A stretch of 64,000 bases of DNA from Octopus vulgaris. Lineage: Eukaryota. The notes under the pieces are model-generated. The model ran no database searches, was not told the origin of the DNA, and saw nothing but the letters and a program-made list of their open reading frames with translations. How positions within the stretch are numbered: the stretch's first letter is position 1; each line of letters begins with the position of its first letter. The position numbers and the translations under genes are program-made. The stretch is taken from positions 84,630,001-84,694,000 of the forward strand of contig OX597823.1 of NCBI GenBank assembly GCA_951406725.2. Direction: 5' to 3'. This document shows positions 29,968 through 47,112 of this stretch, in pieces.

Positions 29968-31862
29968 ATAGAAATAGAGTAGAGGGTGACCTAGTTAAGA
30001 AGCTAGAAGCGGCGATTACAAGTGGCATCGTATCCAATGTTTTGACGGCGAGGTTGGCCCTCGACCAAAACTTCAACATCAGACACGAAGGGTGTGTTGT
30101 CAGAGCTAAGACGCGTGCTCTAAAGAACGATGGTGTTGGTGCCGCGGAGGTGCAACAGGGCAACAAAGCCACAATTTGTTCTCTGGTAGATGAACAGGAG
30201 CGCGAATTACTCGAGCCAAAGTGTGTGAGGCCTTTCAATAGTATTTTGCCTAACTGTTCGAGACGAGTAGCGAGCGAGAACGCAGGGTGGACTTCAGTGC
30301 CTACCTGCACAGCCTACCACGACTCTCGACATGCTTGAATGAAAGAACTTGCAGAAGATGGTTTGCAAAATTCAGAAGTGAAGATTTCAGCCTTGAAGAT
30401 GAAAATTGAACAGGACTTCTAGTTGAGTTTGATGATAAGCTTCTTGAGGCATTACTTGAAGAAAATCCTGCATTATCAGTTGTAGAATTGGTAATAAAGC
30501 TTAGTTTAAACCATACAACTGTTCATCGTCATCTTCAACAATTTAGAAAGGTTCCTAAACTTGGAAAATGGGTGCCTCATGAATTGTCCGAAAGCAACCG
30601 CAACTCCCAATTTGACTCTCATGCTGCGAAGTTGCCATCACGGCAGCGAAAGTGCGGGATGCGATGGCAGAATGCTCAAGGGACAAATCGCCAAGTTTGG
30701 GTGGTCTACTCTACGAGCTTTAGTCGTATGCCTGACTTGTTTGGAGAAGTCTTGGCAGCAGGGTACTGCAACTAGCAGCAAAACGGGAGCATTCCTGGTT
30801 TTGTGAACCGAGGAGCCGTAGCACTGCTGAAGAAAGATCTAGACAAGGGGGATGTAATAAATAACTTTACGCGCATCACTCTGCTCAATACAGACTTGAA
30901 AATTTTGGCCAAGGTGTTGGCCAAGAGGTTGGCTCTTATCATCGATAAAACTCGTTGACAAGGTGCAAATGTGCGCCGTGCAAGGCCGGTGCATCTATGA
31001 CAACCTCCATCTGATGCGTTACATCATATGCAGGGTAGTTAAGGAAACTGGCATGGGTGGGGCACTGATCAATTTGGATCAATCAAAAGCTTTCGATAGA
31101 GTAGACCATCGATACCTGGAGGCTGTCCTCATAGCGGCTGGTTTCGGTCCCGTCTTCCGTGGCTGAATAGCTGCTTTGTACAGAGGCATCCGTTCGGTAA
31201 TTCGCATAAATGGACATCTACGACATTACACGTTCGGTCCGTCAGGGATGCCCCCTCTTGTCGCTTCTATACGTATTGACTGTCGAGCCACTACTGCGGA
31301 AGCTGAAGACGCTGAGGGGCATTCCTCGAGATTTGGGATGCGGGACGAGTGTGTCTGCATACGCCGACGACCTTACCGTTATAATGTCTAGCCAGAAGCA
31401 CATCAAGCTGGTCGGCGAGACACTGAAAGACTAAGAAGCGGTAACAGGAGCAAAAATCAACCGGCAAAAGTCAGTGGGCTTGTGGCTCGGCACCTGGAGA
31501 AGTAAGCCCATGCCGTCCACCAGCGCCTCCGTCGTGGGACGCTGGACTGACGGTGCGGTCGAGTTGCTCGGGGTATGATTTGGTCCGGGCCTCCAAATGG
31601 AGAAGAACTGGAACGAGATAACGAGTAGGGTGGTCACTCTCGCCGGAAATGGGCCGAGAGGAAGCTGTCCATAAAAGTCGGGAGGAGGTGGCGAACACAT
31701 ATTTCGCTTCCGTCATCTACTACTGCCTGACCGTCGCGCCTTGTCCTGGTCCTACCATCACCAAACTAGAATGCATTCTCTTCCGCTTCTTGTGAAAACG
31801 ATGCGATCCGATGGTCAGGCGATCCGTTTGCTGCCAACACCCGTTAAAAGGAGGGCTGGGCA
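29968..31862 (+). pseudogene. L1/Tx1-clade reverse transcriptase internal fragment
   Basis: ITLLNTDLKILAKVLAKRL, GRCIYDNL, LDQSKAFDRVDH, SVRQGCPL, SAYADDLTV, GAKINRQKS, GGLGMP. Multiple stops and frameshifts. Confidence 0.9.
30331..30616 (+). mobile_element. 286-bp internal mariner fragment, a copy of 27528-27813
   Basis: About 7 mismatches to 27528-27813 by eye. No TIRs. Confidence 0.92.
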
Positions 31863-33095
31863 TGCCCCTTCTTAATTTAGCCTACTATGAATATAGTGCA
31901 CTGGGAATATAGCTCACTGTGAATATAGTCCCCTATGAATATAGCCCACTTTGAATATAGCCCACTGTAAATATAGACCATTGTGAATATTGGCCACTGT
32001 GAATATAACTCAATGAATATTGCCCACCGTAAATATAGCGCACTTTGAATATAGCCCCTTGTGAATATGGCCCGATTTGAATATAGCGCACTGTCATTAT
32101 AGCCCACTGTCTACATAGCCCACTGTAAATATAGCCAATATCTATGTAGACCACTGAGAAAATAGACCACCGTGAATGTAGCTCACTTTGGATGTAGCCT
32201 ACTGTGAATATAACCTTCAATATAGCCCCTTCTTAATATAGCGCCATGTGAATATAGGCCACGATGAATATAGACCATTGTTCATATAGCACATTTTGAA
32301 TATACACCATTATGAATATAGCCACTGTGAAAATAACGCACTCTGAATAAAGAGCAGTGTGAATATAGCTCACTGTAAATATAGCCCAGTATGAATATAG
32401 ACTATTGTCAATATAGCTCACTACGAATAAGGCTCACACTGAATATAGTCACTGTAAATTAAGCCTACTATGAAGAGACCATTGTGTATATAACCCATCA
32501 CGAACATAGCCCACTGTGAATATACCCCATGGTGAATATAGCCTAGTACGAATATAGCCTATTGTGAATATAGCCCACTGTAAATATTGCACACTGTGAA
32601 GATAGCCAACTATGAATAGAGCCCATTGTGAATATAGCCCGTTGTAAAAATAGCCATTTTGAATATAGCTCATTTTGAATATAGCCCACTGTGAATATAC
32701 CTATAGTGTATATAGCTCACTGTGAATATAGCCCATTGTGAATTTAGACGACAGTGAATATACCCATTTGGAATATAGCCCAATGTGAATGTAGACTACT
32801 GTGAATATAGCCCACTTTGAATATAGCCCCTTCATAACAGGTTAAATTCACATCGGACTATATGCCTAGTGAGCTATATTCACAATCGGTTATATTAACG
32901 AAGGGCAATATTCACAATGGGCTCTATTCACAGTGGGATATATAAAGTCACAGTGGGCTATATTCACAGTGGTCTATATTCATAGTGGGCTATATTCAGA
33001 GTGGGATATATTCACAGTTTGCTATATTCACAGTGGTGTATATTCAGAGTGAGCTATATTCACACTGGCTATATTCATAGTGGGCTGCATTCATT
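31863..33095. repeat. 16-bp minisatellite: reverse block (gaatatagcccactgt)n 31863-32830, then forward block ~32845-33095
   Basis: About 60 reverse units, then about 15 forward units. Confidence 0.92.
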
Positions 33096-33295
33096 CACAG
33101 GACGTTGGCCAGCTTGTGTCTCTACAAGAATAATTTAGTTCTAACGCACCGTAGTGCGTCTGGCCATGAAATCACGTGATTGCAAAGCGAGTTGCTTTAC
33201 TATATCTCCGTGCCTGTGCTGCTATACAAATATGCCTAGTTTGCAATGTTTTTCAAGATTGCTGCAAGATGAAATAGTGACTTAGTCAAGCATAT

Positions 33296-33864
33296 TCTTT
33301 TCTACTCTAGTCACAAGGTGCGATATTTATGTGGGGGCGTCCACTCGATTGGAGAGACCCCAGTACGCAACTGGTACTTAATTTATCGACACTGAAAAGA
33401 TGAACGGCAAAGTTGACCTCGGCGGAATTTGAACACAGAACGTAAAGGCAGACGTAATACTTATTTCTTTACTGCCCACAAGGGGCTACACACAGAGGGG
33501 ACAAACAAGGACAGACAAGCGGATTAAGTCGATTATATCGACCCCAGTGCGTAACTGGTACTTATTTAATCGACCCCGAAAGGATGAAAGGCAAAGTCGA
33601 CCTAGACTGGAATTTGAACTCAGAACGTAACGGCATACGAAATACCTATTTCTTTATTACCCACAAGGGACTAAACATAGAGGGGACAAACAAGGATAGA
33701 CATAGGTATTAAGTCGATTACATCGACCCCAGTGCGTAACTGGTACTTAATTTATTGACCCCGAAAGGATGAAAGGCAAAGTCGACCTCAGCGGAATTTG
33801 AACTCACAACGTAACGGCAGCTGAAATACCGCTAGGCATTTCGCCCGACGTGCTCGCCGCCTTA
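33296..33864 (-). mobile_element. Trimeric SINE family A
   Basis: Three ~180-bp internal repeats. TSD cttagtcaa(g/a)catat at 33281-33295 and 33865-33879. Confidence 0.88.
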
Positions 33865-34744
33865 CTTAGTCAAACATATCGCAAACATAAATAATAGCCT
33901 CCTGGCGGTTGAAAGCGATTCTAAAATGCTCTGAAAAAGTCGGATAACCGAGATTGCGTTCAATATGCAGCGAACTCAAATGGGGGCTTCAGTAAAGATT
34001 TAACTAAAGGATTGCTTATTCGGACTGTAAAATATGCTTAGATAGACAAGTAGCATGTAAAATATGGAATGTGGTGTTTATATTACTTGTAATCTCGCAT
34101 AAGCTATATTTAAGATATCAAATATCATAGAAATCTGGCGATGACTTAATATGTGAAAATCACTGCTATGGAGCAAAGCTGTTATCGGGAAACCATGAAA
34201 ACAAAGGCAACTGGAGTGATTTTATGTGGACACTCAATCGACTAGCAAAAAATAGCAGCCAAATAACGTTCCAAGCACATCATACAGGTTAAAAGTGAGA
34301 GTAAAAAAAAACCCGGACATATTGACCGTAGGATAGTGTCGATGAAGTTATGCTCTACCGAATAAAAATAAAACAAAAATACGTGAACACCGCGGCTACA
34401 ATATCACACTTGGCAGTTTAGGTAGTTTAGCTTAATCAGGGCTGACCTACAGCTGCAAAAAACCGCCATTTTAGATATTTAAAGCGAGCATTAATTATTG
34501 GAAACATTGGTTTAGGATACTAATAATATTTTACACTGTTTTAAGAGCATCTTATAGAGCAATAAATATAACAGTATGGCAAGATGATAAAATGAGTCAT
34601 GGTTTTGTCAACATTGAGAAATAATCGTTTTTAAATACCATATGACGGATAGGAAAACGATTTTCTTTCTATTCAGTTACAGAAATACACAAAAGTACAC
34701 ATAGATTCCAATATATACATACATACATTGATACATACATACCT

Positions 34745-34786
<42 letters not shown>

Positions 34787-34790
34787 ACAC

Positions 34791-34821
<31 letters not shown>

Positions 34822-35120
34822 CTCATGTAGATACACATATGTATAAATGCATACATACGCACATATGTATTGGTCTCCTTCTTTAAAGATACAAATCTAT
34901 ATAAAATATTATTAACACAGTATAAATGTATTTATATACTTAGATCGATAATATATGTGTGTATCAATACATATCCTATATTCATCGAATATTAACGTTT
35001 GCTTATGCATATATTCATAGATTTCAAGAAGTGAAAAGAAAAACCAACAAAATACTTATAAAGCATAAACTCTCCCTCTCTCTCTCTCTCATATATATAT
35101 ACATACATACATACATGCAT

Positions 35121-35152
<32 letters not shown>

Positions 35153-35191
35153 ATATATATATGTATATATATATATATACATATATACATA

Positions 35192-35278
<87 letters not shown>

Positions 35279-36223
35279 ATATACTCATACAGATGAATAT
35301 GCGTATTTTGTGTATGTACGTGTGCATAATCATACGCACATACACACACGCACAATATACACACATATATACTATATACATACACATACACACAGACAGG
35401 CGTATATATATATATATTAAATTGTACATTCATTTTTTTTATATTTCTCTGAATATTCAAAAACATTGCAAGTCTTGCTTTAAATATATACATAAAGTAA
35501 ATTAATAAAAAAAAGACAATAAATAACAAACCAAAAGACAAGCAAAATATATATTACAATAAAATATACAAAATAACAGCAATAACAACGACAACAACAA
35601 CAGCAAAAAAAACAAACAAAAATATATAACAAACAAACGACAAAAATATTAAAGACGAACTGTATTAAAGATGAAGGATAACGTTTAAGGTATGTGAAAG
35701 ATTGCATAATTGTAATGCCAGTCTATTGTTGTTTATTATTGTATATACAGTTATTGAGTATTTCGTAGATATATCGGAAAAGCACCATTGATAGGATACA
35801 AAAAGTCTGACGCGAACGATCGCTATAGGAGTGAGGAAAAAAAAAGTTTCTGTTGAAACAGCCATTATATGCAATAGAATGCAGATAATACGGTTCCGTT
35901 ATAAAGTATACGAATATCAAAAGACCTCACATGCAAATTATAATTTTCCAAATGACAAAAGGCATTGTTTGGCAAACTTTTGAGTTGATGCGAAGGCTGG
36001 TCGTTTAGACAACTTTTCAATGTTATGCTGTGCAAAGGTGAACAAGCCCGCCATTGCGAGTGGATAGACATGCAAGGTTTGTTACAAAGCAACAAATATA
36101 CAAAACAAACAAATTCTATGTTAGATCTAAGCAAAAGAAACAACTTCAAAAGATTTTTTTAAAAACAAAAAAAAAAGATACAAAGCAAAGAATATAGAAC
36201 TAAACAACCAACACAAATAATCA

Positions 36224-36294
<71 letters not shown>

Positions 36295-37464
36295 TTTTTA
36301 TTTATTTTGAAAAGTAGACATTAATGTCCATAAGTCTTTTGTTGTGTTAAATACAGGTATTTTGGTTCAAAGATTTCCTTTCCTAAGGTTTTATCGCACC
36401 CGAAGACTTTAAATATATGCATACATATTCCCCTGTATGTACATTAATGTACATATACCTTCATTATATCAGATTTTTATTATGTTTTGTTATATTGATC
36501 TCCATGCATGGATGAATAAATTATCCCATGTATCTTTATGCTTCAGCTCCGTTTAATGTACTTTCGTCTGTTTATCAGCAAATAAAAATTTTTTTTCTCT
36601 TCTTTCCTATATTTTATTATTTATATAATTTTTTGTTTTCAGAGAGCTTTGCTGGGACGACACATTATATTAATTAGGTCTTAAAATTATTATATCATAT
36701 GTCTTTTAGTATATATATAACATACAGCATTATAGTAAACAATAATATTATATAGCCGGAATGCTATAATATTTTATATTATTTATATTTTTACACGACA
36801 TAGGCTATACATAAAAGCATGGTATGTAAAAAGAATACAGATATGAGGTTAAAATAAAGACCAAATAGTTTACGAGTTAGGGTTATTATCTATTATACAA
36901 TTATTCAAAATTAACGACATTTATTACTGAATGTATGTATATGTGAATGTTCAGTGAGCTTTTCAGAAGTATAGAAATTTTGCTTGCTTCTAGAAATAAC
37001 CTAATATTTTAAAACCATAATGTAGTTTGATTCAATGGATTCTACGTTTTTCATGCAATAGTTAGCCTTTACACTATTGTAAAAAGGAAAACAATGTTTA
37101 GCATACAGAGCAAAAGAGTTTGCAGAATCGGGAAAAAGCTGTGTTAAATGACTTAAGTTTAGTCGCAGTACAGTAGGAATTACTAGTTCAAATCTCACTA
37201 GGATAAGATTGGTCATTCTCCAAAGAGGTATTGAGAAAACGAGCACAGAGAGAAACTCCTAATTTTCTATATAGTTGATCGTCCTTGTGGAAATAAGGTT
37301 TTTGATGGCTTAGAAGATGCACTACTTGCCCTAAAAAATTTCTCGTTAAAAATTTCTCATAAAAAATTTCTCATAAAAATTACACCGTGGGTCCTATATG
37401 TGAAATCGAGCCTCCTGTAAGCTATGATCCACTAAATACCTTTTCCTTTTAATTTTTTCCTGGG

Positions 37465-37666
37465 ATGGCTATGTGGTTAAGAAGTTCATTTTGCTACCAC
37501 GGGGTTTTCAGGTTCAGTTCGGAAACACTGTGTGGTACAATAGGCAGGTGTCTTCCATGGTAGCTCCGGGTGGGCCAATGCCTTGTGAGTGAGTTCGGTA
37601 AACGAAGACCTATCGTATACACATATGCAAAAATACATACATACATACATGTATATACATATACAT

Positions 37667-37719
<53 letters not shown>

Positions 37720-38065
37720 CGTAGGAGTAGTTGTGTGGTAAGTAGCTTGCTTCCGAACTACATGGTTCCAGGTCCAGACACACTGCGTGGCACCTTAGGC
37801 AAGTGTCTTCTACTATAGCCTCGGGTCAACAAAGCCTTGTAAGTGGGTTTGGTAGATGAAAACTGAAACAATCCCGTCGTATGTATATATATATATATGT
37901 AAATGTATGTATATTCATATATGTATAAGGAAAACCTGTCATGATCTATCATGTATAAGCATTAAAACCAATGTTCATGATGAAATACATGTAATACATC
38001 AGTGGATTCACGGGATACAAGTGTCCCTTAGACGGTTGTTATAACCACTAAATTAACTCTCCTAT

Positions 38066-38096
<31 letters not shown>

Positions 38097-38112
38097 ATGT
38101 ACGTATGTATAT

Positions 38113-38161
<49 letters not shown>

Positions 38162-38390
38162 CATATACATATATATATATATATGTGTGTGTCCATATGC
38201 TTGTCCCTCAGCACCGCTTAGTAACCGGTATTCGTTTGTTTATGTTCCCGTTGTACCGCGGTTCAACAATAGAACTGATAGTATAGTATCCCACTGAAAA
38301 ACAAATACTGGAAATGATTTGTTCGACTAAAGCCTTAAGAGTGATGCTACAGTATGGTCGCATCCTAACAACTGAAACAAGTAAAAAAAG
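37465..38390 (+). mobile_element. Two SINE family B heads (37465, 37718) and a 3' half (38190-38390), interrupted by microsatellites
   Basis: Homology to 57321-57735. Confidence 0.75.
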
Positions 38391-38451
38391 ACTATTCGCA
38401 ACTGAAATGTCGTATAATGCTAATGCATCTTTTATACCATCAAATACGCTA

Positions 38452-38925
<474 letters not shown>

Positions 38926-39199
38926 ATAATAATAATAATAATAAGGTGGAAAGATTCAGCGTTGAAGAAAAGTAGGACGATAATAGTGGGACAAAGAGTG
39001 AGCAATGGATGTAAAAACAAAATAATGGGTTTTGTAAATTATTGCTGTAATTTTCTGCAGAAAATGGACCATGTTTGTGGTGGTCAATGGAGATGGGACG
39101 CTTGGAATATAGCTTCGGCATCAATGTAGCCTCGGCAGCCCCCAAAAGTTTGGGAACCATACAAGCGGCCAAAATGAAGTTCCTCCAAAGTTAGGAGGA

Positions 39200-39690
39200 A
39201 CCCCATTTTGGACGCTTTGTATTCACAATCATACTCTTTCAGTCACTACTCAATATCCATGACCATAAATGAGGATAGGCTTGTAAACCTAATAGAAAAT
39301 AACGGATTTTCTTTTTCTCATCAGCCTCTCCTCTTTTAAGGACCAAACGCTGGAACTGGCGCATTACAGTGTCAGCACCAGCATTTCTAACATCGAATTC
39401 AACATTCTACCTTCCATCACTCCTGACTAGAACCCTGTCTCAGTGATGTTCCACTAACAGTTTTAGTGTGCTGGGGAAACTTTTTTGAGAAGACCAGTGT
39501 TTTAGTCTTCGCAATAGCAATTATCATCCCTGCCTTGCACGACTCGGCTGCAAACGCATTCAGATGAAGATAACTTTCTGGTGAGTCAAGTAACACCATT
39601 TTTGTCTGCAAATATCAACTGAACTATCATAAGCGCCTCGGATTGTGATACAACTTCCACAACGGCTCCGCATGTCAATACAGCCCGTAA
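39200..39690 (-). mobile_element. Degenerate RTE-clade LINE RT fragment
   Basis: LIFAD, GMIIAIAKTKTLVF, VYKPILIYGH..VVTERV, in broken frames. Confidence 0.65.
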
Positions 39691-39864
39691 AAATGGCAGG
39701 CGTGGCTGTGTGATAAGAACATTGCTTTCTAACCACATGGTTTCAGGGTCACTGTATGGGACCTTGGACAATTGTTTCTACAATAGCCTTGGGCCGAGCA
39801 AAGAACGTTTTGTAGACAGAAACTGAAAGAAACCGTCTCGTATATGTATATATATATATATTAG

Positions 39865-40315
39865 AATTTCTAAGTCTCTCTAGAGGAGACTACGGCAGTG
39901 GTACTGGAAATTAAGTTATCGCCAAGCTAATATTGCAGTCCATAAATATAAGACTAAAGCTGCCGTTGATTAGCCCCAAGAAGTCATTGCCTCTAGCTAG
40001 CTATATGACACACGAACCTGTGTCCATTATGACCTTCGAACATGGGAGGTCAGCCGCTTCCCCTTGCTGGTCAGGTATCTGCAGACATATTTCAAGGTAT
40101 TTGCCCTTTATCAATGCAGAGTAGCCAAACCCAGCACGCGTCGCTGCTGACCGTTTGTTCGAAGGATTATTTACCTAATTTCAGTTGAATACACCCACTG
40201 GTTTTCAAAAATAGAAATATTAAAATTTTTATTTATGGACTGCCATATTAGCTTGGCGTTAACTGTTAATTTCCAGTACCGCTGCCGTAGTCTCCTTTAG
40301 AGGGACTTAGAAATT
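39865..40315. repeat. ~85-bp inverted repeat pair
   Basis: aatttctaagtctctctagaggagactacggcag...gcagtccataaata (39865-39948) versus tatttatggactgc...gggacttagaaatt (40230-40315). Confidence 0.85.
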
Positions 40316-43385
<3,070 letters not shown>

Positions 43386-43697
43386 TTATAGGGTGGGATT
43401 TCTCTTGAGTCATATTAATGAAAAAGCATCACTTTCTGTACTCATCTAAGGGCTGCAGAACCAAGGCTAAGATATTTTATTCTTCGTCATCAGCTTTATC
43501 TGCTTCTGTCTTCTTATTACAGATTTGTTGTGTATTAACAATGGCGGAGATATTCATATCAGCGTCAGAGCTTGGCATTGTGTAATCATGTTTTCTTTTC
43601 ATATATATTTTTGTATTGTTTTTAGCGTTTTACCGAAACCAGCGTCGTATGCACATTGCCCCACATCCCGTTCAACGATATAAATGCATACCTGCGG

Positions 43698-43751
43698 TCT
43701 TACATCGTGTATATAGTCTCATGTGGAAAATGTAAGGAATCCTACATCGAA
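43698..43751 (+). pseudogene. Penelope-like GIY-YIG endonuclease remnant
   Basis: SYIVYIVSCGKCKESYIE fits the Penelope pattern (N)VIY-x-I-x-C-x2-C-x3-YIG. Very short. Confidence 0.55.
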
Positions 43752-43980
43752 TGTAAAATTATACAAATACACACATGGGTTAATGTTTGTGTGCCTGCGC
43801 ATGTGTGTGTGCGTGATTGTGCGCGTGCACGTGTAGGTTTGTGTGCGTGTTTGTGTGTGCGTGAGTGTGAATGCACTTGTAAGTGCATTTAGGCGTACAT
43901 GTGTGAGAATGTGTGTGTGTATGTGTGTCTATGTATGTGTGTGTCTATAATCCTTATATTTCGCTAGCTTCAGTCATTAC

Positions 43981-44150
43981 TGACTTGACTTGAGCAGCAT
44001 TCACCCGGGGTGGGTTGAGCTGGCTTCATTCATCCTCAATGCTGTACCTCTCACAAACGCCGACCAGGCCTGGCGATTTGAGGCTAACGACCACGTGATC
44101 TCCAACCACTCACTATTCCAGCGGCGAACACCGAAGACATGGGGACCTAG
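43981..44150 (-). mobile_element. 3' end of an RTE-clade LINE
   Basis: GPHVFGVRRWNSEWL...LASNRQAWSAFVR-type C-terminus followed by a short (CAAGT)n tail. Confidence 0.65.
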
Positions 44151-44236
44151 ACATGGGGGCCAAGATGGGACGTAAACACACCAACCCTGGTTGTCAAGAG
44201 CTGTGGGTGAGGGACAAATAGAGACACGAAGTAACA

Positions 44237-44672
44237 ATGCGGCGAGCTGGCAGAATCGTTAGCACGCCAGGCAAAATGCTTCGCTGCATTTCGCCTGTCA
44301 TTACGTTCTGAGTTCAAATTCCGCCGAGGTCGACTTTGCCTTTCATTCTTTCGGGGTCGGTAAAGTATGTACAAGTTGAGCACTGGGGTCGACGTAATCG
44401 ACACACCCCTCCCCCAAAATTGCTGGCGTTGTACCAAAATTTGAAACCACCATTATTTATAGTATTAAGGCGGTGAGCTGGCCGAGTCATTAGCACTCCG
44501 GACTAAATGCTTAGCCGTATTCCTTACATCCTTACGTCCTGAGTTCAAATCTTGTCGGGGTCGACTTTACATTTTATCCTCTCAGCAGTTGAAAAGGGGG
44601 GTCGATGTAACCGACTAACCACCACCTTCCAAAATTTCAGGCCTTGTGCCTATAGCAGAAAGGATTATTTTT
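44237..44672 (+). mobile_element. Two tandem SINE family A copies
   Basis: Heads gcggcgagctggcagaatcgttag (44239) and ggcggtgagctggcc (44469), each with a Nin/Deu-like core. Confidence 0.8.
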
Positions 44673-45364
44673 TGCAGTAGTAGTAGTAGCAGCAGCAGCA
44701 GAAGTGGTAGTAGTAGTGGTGATGGTAGTAATGTTGGGGTCTGGTCTAACACCCAAATTAGGATTCATTAAGAAATGATAGTTTGTAGTAACAGTAGTAA
44801 TAGTAACAGCATCTGTGGTGGTGGTGGTAGTAGTATAGTAGTAATAACAGCAGTAATAGTAGTAGTAGTAGTAGCAGCAGCAGTAGCAGCAGCAGTAGCA
44901 GCAGCAGCAGAAGCAGCAGCAGTAGTAGTAGTAGTGGCGGTGGTGGTTGTGGAGGTGATGATGATAGTTGAGGTGATTGTGCGGATAGTGATGGAGACAG
45001 CGGTGGTGCAGAACAAACATACGCATTCATTTCGATGTCCAATGGCTGGCAATGGCCTTCTTAGTGTTCTTAATTACTTGAAGATCTTTTGTTAGTTTAT
45101 CAGTTTGAAGTTGTCTCACTGCATAACACTGCTCTTATTGTTTATGGGTGTTGAGTGCAGAAGTGAAACAAGCGATAATCTGCCATTGAAAATGGCCGAA
45201 TGCCAGTTGGTTCATTAAAGCGTTGTTAGTAAACATCGCTGACACACTACGTTGCCTGAAAAAATAAAGCATTTAGGGTGAGGGAGATATGCTGTGATAT
45301 CTTCCTATCATTTATTTTCATTATCTGCCTATCTATGTGTTTATCTCTCTCTCTCACTCTCACT

Positions 45365-45462
<98 letters not shown>

Positions 45463-45829
45463 ATGTATGTATATCTGTCTGTCTGTCTGTCTGTCTGTTG
45501 ATCTATTTATCTTTGTCTTTCTGTCTATTTTCTATCTGACCGCCAATCAATCACTCTATCACTTATTACTTCCCGCATTCACTGTATGTATATATTTATG
45601 TATGTACGTACGTATATATGTACGCATGTGTGTAAAAATATATATGTATGTGTGTATGTTTATAGGCATGTGTGTATGTATGTGTGAGTGTGTATGTATG
45701 CATTTATGTACTTATGTACGTATGTGTGCATGTATGTATTTATGAATGTATGTCTGCATGTATTACGTACGTGTGTATGTATATATGTATGTAGTACATA
45801 CGTATGTATTTATGTGTGTGTATGTATAC

Positions 45830-45892
<63 letters not shown>

Positions 45893-46124
45893 CTTCTTTT
45901 TTCATTTCTCTTTTCTTTTGTTCCTTTCCCTTTCTTTTTTTTCTTTTATTCTTTTTATTTTTTCTTCTATATATTTTTTTCTTTTTTTTGTTCTTTTCTT
46001 CCCTTTTACGATCCCTCTTGATCGAAAACCTACGCCACCCCCTTTTTTTCATCCCCCAAAAGAAAAGCTCTACCTTGTAACTTGTCCCATCTGTGTGCAG
46101 CCCTGTGTGGCCAATAAAGAAACT

Positions 46125-46209
<85 letters not shown>

Positions 46210-46274
46210 CATACATCCATCCTTCCGGCCGTCTGTCTGTATATCTATCTATCTATTTATCTATCTCTTTCTTT

Positions 46275-46316
<42 letters not shown>

Positions 46317-46938
46317 GAATTTATTATTTATATTGCATATATTATATTATATTATCTCTCTGCCTGCAAAATCAGACACACAGACGCACACACACATATA
46401 TGTACACATTTACATACTTTCTATACATATATATACGTACACAAACACATCACATGATTTACCTACCTCTTTCTCCATCTGGCTCTCTCTCTCTCTACTC
46501 ACCCTACCCTGCCCCTCTTCCTCGTTCTCTCCCCTTTTCAGTAAGTTTCACATATCGTTCTTTCTTCCATATCTCCACTTTTGTTTATCCCTGTTTTGCT
46601 TAAGTTTGGTTTTACGACCTTTCCACTTTCCTAATCATTTCTTTCATTTTCCTTTTACATCCGATATTCCTCTTTCTCGCTCTGATTCTTTCTTTTAATT
46701 TCTTTTTCTCTTTCCTTCAACATTGATTATTTTCCTGCATATATTTCTTTTCCCTTCGACCCTTTTCACGCTTCACCTTTTAACATCTCTCCATCATCCT
46801 CGCTCAAATAATAGAACTTGTTTGGTCTGAGAGCCCCGATGAGAGGGTCATCTAATAACAATATTCATCAGTTTGAATTAAAGATGAATATTTGGTCGGT
46901 CTGGACGCTCTAATCATCATCACCATCATCATGATCTC

Positions 46939-46975
<37 letters not shown>

Positions 46976-47112
46976 TCATCATCATCATCCTCATCGTCGT
47001 CGTCCTCCCTCCAGTCCTTCTCCTCCTCATTTTTTTTTTGTTTATGTATTATGGGTATTATCAGCGATTTAAATTTTCCAATTGTTGTTATTGGTATTGC
47101 TGTTCGTTTTAA

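Noticed and set aside
31863-33095. Possible CRISPR-like array or repeat-protein ORFs
   Set aside because: Contiguous degenerate 16-bp units without unique spacers, no cas genes, and a eukaryotic context.
43470-43500. CTGATGA on the minus strand near the GIY-YIG remnant
   Set aside because: No convincing stem II or GAAA-stem III could be built.
45117-45162. Hairpin with a TAACACTG miR-200-like seed
   Set aside because: Short imperfect stem, and the rest does not match the miRNA family.
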